Shown: piece after piece, positions 25,112-31,727 of the stretch
How the letters are laid out: the number at the start of each line of letters is the position of its first letter
How positions within the stretch are numbered: the stretch's first letter is position 1
Source of the DNA: a virus
Lineage: Duplodnaviria; Caudoviricetes
Length of the DNA: 31,727 nucleotides
Virus record (IMG/VR): IMGVR_UViG_3300022407_001286
Location: 1-31,727 of that record
Direction: 5' to 3' (one strand)
Notes under the pieces: model-generated
Told to the model about the DNA's origin: nothing
Database searches by the model: none
What the model saw: only the letters and a program-made list of their open reading frames with translations
Translations under genes and position numbers: made by a program

Positions 25112-25729
25112 TTAGCTAATACGCTTCCAAATGTAAATTACATCATACGGAGACAGGGTACTAAACGCTTGACCCGATCCTGAAGTCTCAGTAGTACGAG
25201 TATCTGTACCACCAATATCACCTTGTTGGATCTCAGAGTTAGCTGCGTATGCGCTACCTTCAGATGCTTTATTATTACCTTGATACTGAAGTTTAATAGC
25301 GTGGGCGTGAGCTGGCATTTCTGCTTGTGTTAACGCTTTCTCGTAGTTACCACCTTTACTATCACCAGCAAATGATATTTGTTTACCATTATCATCTGTA
25401 CCAGTACCAGCACCAATCAGTGTACGACCTTGCGCATAAGGCGACCACGTACCATAACCATAGATGAGATTCGGGTTACGATTATCACCGACAATAAGTT
25501 TTAACTCATTGATAGGGGTTTGACTCGGTGTAGCTAATTGTGTTTTTAGTTCTAGTATCTGTAGATATAAGTTATTAAACTGCCAATTCAATTCTTGTGC
25601 AGTAGGTGTAGAAATAGGGTTGTATCCGTATTGTCTCAAACCTTCATCTGGTCGAATCTTGTTAGCAGTAGTACCATCTACGTATGTATTACTTGTTGCC
25701 CATTCTGGGTTATTTGTTGGATAAGCCAT
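25112..25729 (-). CDS. Baseplate wedge / short-fibre collar protein (T4 gp10 C-terminal-like)
   Basis: NPNLIYGYGTW, GRTLIGAG, GG....LTQAEMPAHAH, PY.VIYIWKR. Confidence 0.8.
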   Translation of the reverse strand: MAYPTNNPEWATSNTYVDGTTANKIRPDEGLRQYGYNPISTPTAQELNWQFNNLYLQILELKTQLATPSQTPINELKLIVGDNRNPNLIYGYGTWSPYAQGRTLIGAGTGTDDNGKQISFAGDSKGGNYEKALTQAEMPAHAHAIKLQYQGNNKASEGSAYAANSEIQQGDIGGTDTRTTETSGSGQAFSTLSPYDVIYIWKRIS

Positions 25730-27060
25730 TATAAATCACTCACTACTTCTGCGGTAATTGAAATTGTTTTATTTACAATATTGCTAGGATTAGCAATTTC
25801 GTATATGTAAAACTTGTATTGTCCTGTACGGATTGCTTGGAACTTAGTAGATACTGTCTTACTTACTGTAATGTCGGTTGATAGAGTATGATGTACATTT
25901 TCAGCTAGATTATCTAATGCTGTACCCGATACAATTTGGTAATATACTCGATAACCCGCCCCTACTCCGACTACAGGAGTAACCGCCCATGTATCATTGG
26001 CTAGCGTACCATTTTCAGCACGTACTACTGTACCATCTGCTTTAAAATCTATCTCAGCAGTTGATGAAGCTAGTGTATTATCATAAGGATGATAAGCAGA
26101 AGCATACATGTTATCCAAACCTAAATCACTTTGGATTGTAGCAGCCGGAGGAACTACAGAAGATACTAGTATATTATTAGATGTAGCCGCAACATTACCT
26201 GCTGCGTTAGTTACTGTGACTCTACATGAGATTGAAGTACTTACATCACCAACAGCTATTGTATAAGTTAAAGCTGTTGCACCGGAAATATTACTACCAT
26301 TACGTAACCATTGGTATGCGTATGTTAATGGTGCTGCGCCGGAGTAATCACCTCTAACTAATGTCAGTGTACTACCCACAGTATCGTTGCCATATACGTA
26401 TGGCGCTGTCACTACAACTGGTGCATTCGGTACAACTGGTGGTAAGTCTAGTGTCTGAGTAGTAACAAACCGTGGGTCTTCTGAGTGACCATTCCTGTGG
26501 TATACTAAACTACATAGTGTTGCATTAGAACCAAAACCGTTACCAACTAAACCAAGAGTAAACGGTTTAACATCATGCTTAACTAAACGTACCCTAGTGT
26601 TCAGTGGGTATAATTGAGCCAAACTGTTCAAACCACTATAGCTTTCAGATACACAATACAACCAACTATATAGTTCCATCATATATGGATAACCATTAGT
26701 TACTGTTGCATTAGTATCGCCAGTAATCAATGATACAATTCTCAATATATCTTCAACACTAGCCGAAGCTGTTTGTTTAGCCATAGCTATTTTAATAGCT
26801 GTTTTAAAATCATCATCTTTGTAACTACCACGAGTAATGTCAAGTTCATTACCAATTTGGTCTGTCCACCAACCGTAACTACCCTCTAAGGTACGAACAG
26901 TTTGTAGGTCATTTACTACTTTCTCAAGTTCTTGTAATTCACTCACAAGTGCATCCACAAGAGAATTAATGTTCGGGCTGTCTTTGAATTGAGTAAGGAG
27001 AAAGCTTTTGGCTCTCTCCACTCTATCATTGACTAACATTATTTTGTTAGCTGTTGACAT
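25729..27060 (-). CDS. Baseplate wedge subunit with C-terminal Ig-like domain
   Basis: LLTQFKDSPNI...DQIG...DDDFK N-domain directly after J-like gene; YQWLRNG..ISGAT..TYT...D....ISCRVT Ig motif. Confidence 0.75.
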   Translation of the reverse strand: MSTANKIMLVNDRVERAKSFLLTQFKDSPNINSLVDALVSELQELEKVVNDLQTVRTLEGSYGWWTDQIGNELDITRGSYKDDDFKTAIKIAMAKQTASASVEDILRIVSLITGDTNATVTNGYPYMMELYSWLYCVSESYSGLNSLAQLYPLNTRVRLVKHDVKPFTLGLVGNGFGSNATLCSLVYHRNGHSEDPRFVTTQTLDLPPVVPNAPVVVTAPYVYGNDTVGSTLTLVRGDYSGAAPLTYAYQWLRNGSNISGATALTYTIAVGDVSTSISCRVTVTNAAGNVAATSNNILVSSVVPPAATIQSDLGLDNMYASAYHPYDNTLASSTAEIDFKADGTVVRAENGTLANDTWAVTPVVGVGAGYRVYYQIVSGTALDNLAENVHHTLSTDITVSKTVSTKFQAIRTGQYKFYIYEIANPSNIVNKTISITAEVVSDL

Positions 27061-28568
27061 TAAATTCTCCGAAATGTAAGATTACTTGATAGTAATCTAG
27101 GTTTCTCATTATGATCTGCTAATAACTTATTAGAGGTGAATGTAGGGTTGGGTAGTGTTAGGTCTTTCAAACTAACAGCAACATCTAACAATCTACCAAA
27201 ACTTACCGATTGGTACATAATAGCTTCTAACTGTTTAGGAACTACATAACCACCAATATCTAGCCCTGAAACAATGTTCAAAAGGTTAGCTGATATTTCA
27301 TTCTTTTCTTGTTCTGTGAGAGGACTATTATCTTTAGTAGTGTAACCAACTTCTACACCAACATCAAAAATACCAGCTCTTGTGTATTTGACTTCTACTG
27401 ACTGACCGAGCTTGTTAATTATAGTTGTAGAATAAGTACCATACCGTTTAGTATTACCGTAACCTTTCTGATAGATTGTAGTAGCTACATCTACATCTGT
27501 ACCACCTAATACTACAGTATTGTACGAATATGGTTCACACACCAACTTACTGCTAATATCATAAATGAAATCTTTAGTTGGATTCTCGAACACTTCAACA
27601 GAAGAAACACCTTCTAGTTTCAGTAACGAAGCTTTGAGTGCATCAGGAGTACCAGCAATAGAGGTATCTTTAATATTCAATGCGGATAACCGGAACTCAG
27701 CATCTGTTTGTACTTCACTACCTGAAGATAACTCAACGTAGTTTACGACACTATCATAACCCGTATATGTAGGTGAAATACCTAGAACACCATTTGGTGA
27801 TAACGGGTGATACCCGCTTACTTGTGCTTCAATACTGACACTGTGACCAATTATACCTACAGACGGAGATACGTTTACATATAATCGTTTGTTAGGGAAA
27901 GGGTTAGGTAAATCGTTAGCCTGATTATAACCAATATACGTTGTGCGTGTAGTAGTGTTGTAGTATGCTTTAGCTGGTTTATCTGTGATTGTATCGTTGA
28001 GGAATGTTGCTAACTCAGTTAACAACTGAGACTTGTCAGCATCATTGTTTGGAGTACGTGTAAACGTAGACGAGGTGGGGTTGTTACTGTTGTAAATACT
28101 AAACGTATAAGTAACACCAGCAGTTAATTGCGATGCTGATATTTTATAACAACTTGCGTAATTGTCAAGCGTTATCGTTTCTAACGTATTGTACAAGATA
28201 GAGTTGGTGGCACTAACAACAGCACCTGCATTATAAACGCTTCCAAGCGTCATAGTGGACAGATTAGACTGTAGGACTATGTTACCCCCACCTTTTGTTT
28301 TATCTTGTCTGTAGATGCCTTGACGAGCGTATACGTCATCTAAGTAAGTACCTTCTGCACCTGTTACAGTGTTACTAGATACTACACCTTCTAAACCTTG
28401 CCACACTTCATCACATTCTTCAGCAAACACAGAGATGAATTGGTCTTCAATTGTACCTGTCTCTACATTCCAACCAGAACCAAGTTTAGTTTTAACATTA
28501 GATTTCATTGATGTTAGGATTTCTTGTAGGGTTTTCCTAACGAACCCGTATTCTGTTACGCCAGCCAT
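27060..28568 (-). CDS. Baseplate J-like (Mu gp47) wedge protein
   Basis: GVTEYGFVRKTL, AEGTYLD, QTDAEFR, GV..V.VFEN, V.GG.D.DVA..I. Confidence 0.88.
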   Translation of the reverse strand: MAGVTEYGFVRKTLQEILTSMKSNVKTKLGSGWNVETGTIEDQFISVFAEECDEVWQGLEGVVSSNTVTGAEGTYLDDVYARQGIYRQDKTKGGGNIVLQSNLSTMTLGSVYNAGAVVSATNSILYNTLETITLDNYASCYKISASQLTAGVTYTFSIYNSNNPTSSTFTRTPNNDADKSQLLTELATFLNDTITDKPAKAYYNTTTRTTYIGYNQANDLPNPFPNKRLYVNVSPSVGIIGHSVSIEAQVSGYHPLSPNGVLGISPTYTGYDSVVNYVELSSGSEVQTDAEFRLSALNIKDTSIAGTPDALKASLLKLEGVSSVEVFENPTKDFIYDISSKLVCEPYSYNTVVLGGTDVDVATTIYQKGYGNTKRYGTYSTTIINKLGQSVEVKYTRAGIFDVGVEVGYTTKDNSPLTEQEKNEISANLLNIVSGLDIGGYVVPKQLEAIMYQSVSFGRLLDVAVSLKDLTLPNPTFTSNKLLADHNEKPRLLSSNLTFRRI

Positions 28569-28621
28569 TTATACATACTCGCTTAATTAGAGATTGTTAC
28601 CACTAATAACTCTGTGAAAGT

Positions 28622-28659
28622 TAATGGGGTGCTTAATGAATACAAAATGCACCCCATTA
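28622..28659. repeat. Intergenic 11-bp perfect inverted repeat
   Basis: TAATGGGGTGC-N16-GCACCCCATTA; no U-tract on either side. Confidence 0.7.
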
Positions 28660-28661
28660 CA

Positions 28662-29162
28662 CTATGTTCCTACGTATTCAGGATCTACATATCCATCCTG
28701 TACATAAAGTAAAGACTCAGGGCTTATACCACAACTCGATTGTAGTAGTGTTGTATTATACACATAAGTCTCTTCATCCCAAGGATATACGGCACTAACT
28801 TTTGAGTTTAGTAATTCATCTTTAGTTCTTACTTCAAAAACTAAATCGTAAGCACGTTGTAATGGATTATAGACACTAGCGAAATATTGAATACCTTCTA
28901 CATCAACATCTTCATTGATTGCGGCAATATATACAGCATCAGTATCTCTCTTTGTAAAACCTTTACCAATAATTGATTTACCATCACCTGTATCTCTGTA
29001 CGGTATGCCAAAGAATGTATCTAGGAACCACTCACCTTTGAATGTTTTTAATTTAATACTTAATCGTTGTTGGACGAGTTCTTGGAATGTAGACAACAGA
29101 AGCATCTTACCGTTGTTATCTGTATCAATATCTCCGTCCGATGATAGCTTGAATCCTGCCAT
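28662..29162 (-). CDS. Baseplate wedge / sheath initiator (gp25/gpW-like)
   Basis: QRLSIKLKTFKGEWFLDTFFGIPY motif; located between spike and J-like genes. Confidence 0.8.
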   Translation of the reverse strand: MAGFKLSSDGDIDTDNNGKMLLLSTFQELVQQRLSIKLKTFKGEWFLDTFFGIPYRDTGDGKSIIGKGFTKRDTDAVYIAAINEDVDVEGIQYFASVYNPLQRAYDLVFEVRTKDELLNSKVSAVYPWDEETYVYNTTLLQSSCGISPESLLYVQDGYVDPEYVGT

Positions 29163-29218
29163 TTATAGCTCCGTTAGCCGTTACAATGCCAGCTTTTTAT
29201 TACGATTGTTATCAACCC

Positions 29219-29347
29219 TCATACAGCAGTTAGATTGACGTTGTAAGTACCAGCACCGATGCGAATCCTCAATTCACCGCTCGATGTAATGTAAAGAGCG
29301 TCAGAAACTTCAGTAACAGCCATTGTCGGTACTGAAGTTTCTGACAT
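29219..29347 (-). CDS. 42-aa micro-ORF, possibly a remnant of a fibre C-terminus
   Basis: AAGGAA RBS; MSETSVPTMAVTEVSDALYITSSGELRIRIGAGTYNVNLTAV*. Confidence 0.5.
   Translation of the reverse strand: MSETSVPTMAVTEVSDALYITSSGELRIRIGAGTYNVNLTAV
29300..29345. repeat. Perfect 16-bp inverted repeat
   Basis: GTCAGAAACTTCAGTA (29300-29315)-N14-TACTGAAGTTTCTGAC (29330-29345). Confidence 0.9.
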
Positions 29348-29376
29348 TTAATTTGATTCCTTATTGATAGTACACG

Positions 29377-31395
29377 TTACAGGTTGTTACCGTTAAGTAA
29401 TCGACTGTATTGGTCGAATGACGGTGTTATTTTTGCTAAACCTGTGTGTGGGCTTTCAGCAAGTTGACCCCATACGATTGTAACATTTACTGTGCCGTCA
29501 GGTTCTAACAATGCTGCGTCAACATAGTCCGTACCTGTATCACCAGTACCAAAATGCATTGATACTATTTCAGAATTAACGTTCATTCCATTAGCGCCTA
29601 AATGCGAATAAAGCAATGTTTTGTTTATCTTATAAATGTTCATTGCAAGCGTCAGATCACGACCACCTACAATACTGCATTTGTAACCTGCAAACCGACT
29701 GTTTCTGTAAGCGTTATTCGAAGAAGAACCTAACTGACCTAAATCTAAATCGAACAAAATTGGGAAACCGTAATTTGTAGGGACCGCGCCTAACTTTAAT
29801 GAAAAAGTGGCTTTGTTTTTTTGACTATCACTAGTTAACCCGACAATTAAGTTACCACATGCTGAAGTCCCTTTAAAGATAGACCGACTTTTACCGTTGC
29901 CTATGTATTGTAATAAATTATTACCCGCTGGCCTGTTAGCTCCATTGTTCGCTGACCGCCATGTTGATTCGTCAAATTCTATTGAAAAGTTATTCGGTGC
30001 TTCTGTTGCAGCAACGTTATTGTAATCCACAATCACCCTTGACAAGTCAACACCTGCGTAAGCTGGCCCTAAGTCGGTTGATATTGTGGAAGTGTCAAAA
30101 GATACACCGCCGTTGTTGAACTTATTAAAAACAACTACACCACGAACTGTAACACCTGTATTCAGTGGGTCGAATATATTGTTGGCTGATAATTGACAAC
30201 CGCTGAATTTAAACGCTTGGGTGTTACCAGTTGATAAACCGTTGCCATCTGGTTCGCCGTCGTTGCTTTTTATGTAAAGAACAACACCACCACCGAATTC
30301 AGCACCGAATCTGCAACCTGTGAATGAACCGCCAGCCGATCTGTCGGCTAATTCTCCTTGATACCAGCAAAACTGGTTTTGAATCTCAGGTAAAACAGGC
30401 ACGTAAATACCACCGCTTACACACAAACGGCCAGAAAAAACAATCAAGGCGCTATTCATGTTATGACTATACCAACCGCCGATTACGTGTGTCATATCAC
30501 AATAAGAATTAGCCAGTCGGGTGACGCCATAAGAAACTTTACAGTTTTGGAGTGTTAATATTGAAGAACGTGACTCAGCAAAAGAAACTGTGTCAATACC
30601 TAAATCAACATTTCTAAACCCGCAACGTATGAACGTCCACTGAGTCATATCCGAATCGTCGGATTTCGCTCTGTAACATGTTGTATACTGCTGTAACTTA
30701 ATGCCAGTAACAACAAAGTCGAGTAACTTACCTTCCCCACAATCAATAAACGCATGACCTTTATTCGTTGAGCATTGGAAATGTGTTGTTCCTTCGCTTT
30801 CAAGGTCAAACCCACGTAAAAACGGCAATGGTGAAGATGTTTTACTGAACCCCTTCGGTAACTTCAGCTTGATATTTGTGGCCCCGAAATAGCCCACACT
30901 GGTTATTTCCTCATATAACGAATTGCAATATTCAATCGCTGCTGTCATTGGTGCAGTGGCGTCTGGTATTGTTCCGATTGAATTACCTGACTTCGACGTA
31001 ACCATGCCGAAGTAACTAGTGTTCACGCCTTTTGATATGTCGAACACCCGAACATAACAACCAAAACCAGCGCCTGACCAATTCAGTAATGTATTTAAAT
31101 CCGCTACTGTGCCATTCCAAGCCGCAATAGCTTCTGGCGCAATCACAGTGCCGCCGTTGTGGTCTGCTTTGCTTACTGAAGGGTCGTAGTAAAACTGACC
31201 CCCACCTGAATTAGAGTCAGTGTAAAAACCTTTTGTGGTTTGAATAACAGAAGGGTCTGTTACTAAACCTTTAATGCCATTTACCACTCTGGTTGAGTTA
31301 ATAATCCCATTCTTCAGATTTGTAAAATTACCATCCAGCTCACTATGCGTGAGTGGAGTGCCTTTAGCACTACGTAATGTTAAATCAATAGCCAT
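29377..31395 (-). CDS. Tailspike / polysaccharide depolymerase (beta-helix), 672 aa
   Basis: LTLRSAKGTPLTHSELDGNF anchor; KGFY....GGGQFYYD...HNGGTVI tailspike N-domain; DATAPMTAAI pectate-lyase-3-like start followed by G/N/S/C-rich beta-helix-like body. Confidence 0.8.
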   Translation of the reverse strand: MAIDLTLRSAKGTPLTHSELDGNFTNLKNGIINSTRVVNGIKGLVTDPSVIQTTKGFYTDSNSGGGQFYYDPSVSKADHNGGTVIAPEAIAAWNGTVADLNTLLNWSGAGFGCYVRVFDISKGVNTSYFGMVTSKSGNSIGTIPDATAPMTAAIEYCNSLYEEITSVGYFGATNIKLKLPKGFSKTSSPLPFLRGFDLESEGTTHFQCSTNKGHAFIDCGEGKLLDFVVTGIKLQQYTTCYRAKSDDSDMTQWTFIRCGFRNVDLGIDTVSFAESRSSILTLQNCKVSYGVTRLANSYCDMTHVIGGWYSHNMNSALIVFSGRLCVSGGIYVPVLPEIQNQFCWYQGELADRSAGGSFTGCRFGAEFGGGVVLYIKSNDGEPDGNGLSTGNTQAFKFSGCQLSANNIFDPLNTGVTVRGVVVFNKFNNGGVSFDTSTISTDLGPAYAGVDLSRVIVDYNNVAATEAPNNFSIEFDESTWRSANNGANRPAGNNLLQYIGNGKSRSIFKGTSACGNLIVGLTSDSQKNKATFSLKLGAVPTNYGFPILFDLDLGQLGSSSNNAYRNSRFAGYKCSIVGGRDLTLAMNIYKINKTLLYSHLGANGMNVNSEIVSMHFGTGDTGTDYVDAALLEPDGTVNVTIVWGQLAESPHTGLAKITPSFDQYSRLLNGNNL

Positions 31396-31412
31396 TTATT
31401 ACCCCTAATATG

Positions 31413-31727
31413 CTACGTTGTTGTAGCGTCAATAATTAAACCATAATTTTGTAATTGTGTGAGGAGTGCTGTTAAAGCAGCATTACCTGCCCTACTTCCT
31501 GTCACCGTAGGGAGCACTACAGGCTCTTTTCCGTTGAACCCTACCTTACCCATTACTTTAGTATTTGGTGCGTCTATCGTTGCGCTGGTAGTGTTTAACT
31601 GGTAGTTTTCAGTGTCAATAACAATACTATCTTCTTTGATGGTAATTCTGCTAGTCTTATTAGCAATCACTAAATTATCTGGGTCTGTTTCTATTGCATC
31701 CTGATCTGTGACAAAAGATGGCATCTT
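31413..31727 (-). CDS. C-terminal part of baseplate spike (gpV/gp138-like), truncated by window edge
   Basis: Frame open to window end; alternating beta-strands, GKVGFNG..PV..PTVTGSR.GNAAL..LLT.L...GLI tail; position upstream of wedge genes. Confidence 0.65.
   Translation of the reverse strand, partial: KMPSFVTDQDAIETDPDNLVIANKTSRITIKEDSIVIDTENYQLNTTSATIDAPNTKVMGKVGFNGKEPVVLPTVTGSRAGNAALTALLTQLQNYGLIIDATTT

Noticed and set aside
29300-29345. Inverted repeat as invertase crossover sites or IS ends
   Set aside because: Arms are only 14 bp apart and no recombinase or transposase is present
12900-30512. Plus-strand ORFs in the late block and the nested 13280-13480 ORF
   Set aside because: Shadows of G/T/A/S-rich structural genes, whose antisense frames stay open through codon bias
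1-31727. tRNA, rRNA, integrase/att site or bacterial chromosomal genes
   Set aside because: None recognised; the REC gene is coupled to phage genes and similarly AT-rich, so it is not host contamination

Overview
AT-rich fragment of a lytic, contractile-tailed dsDNA phage (myovirus-type baseplate) of a Gram-negative host, inferred from its spanins, lipoproteins and sigma70-type promoters. There are two convergent blocks. The + strand (1-12411) carries DNA and nucleotide metabolism genes: an SSB-like C-terminus, a DsbA/GapR-like DNA-binding protein, a 5'-3' exonuclease, an HNH nuclease, a metallophosphoesterase, a MazG-like pyrophosphatase, ThyX, a glutaredoxin and NrdB/NrdA. The - strand (12969-31727) is the late region: baseplate spike and wedge genes, a tailspike/depolymerase, several fibre modules and a lysis cassette. 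The blocks meet at a bidirectional terminator (12448-12474). Two features stand out. (1) An intact stand-alone response-regulator receiver domain, a 36-aa Pro-rich micro-ORF and two extra membrane proteins are tightly coupled to the front of the endolysin-spanin-holin cassette, whose holin has an M-K-M dual-start motif; this is a candidate signal-responsive lysis-control module. (2) A ~0.4-kb unit at 12497-12915 has its own near-consensus promoter and terminator but consists of stitched fragments of three different virion genes. No tRNA, CRISPR array, integrase, transposase or reverse transcriptase was seen. All family calls come from motif recognition by eye, not database searches.
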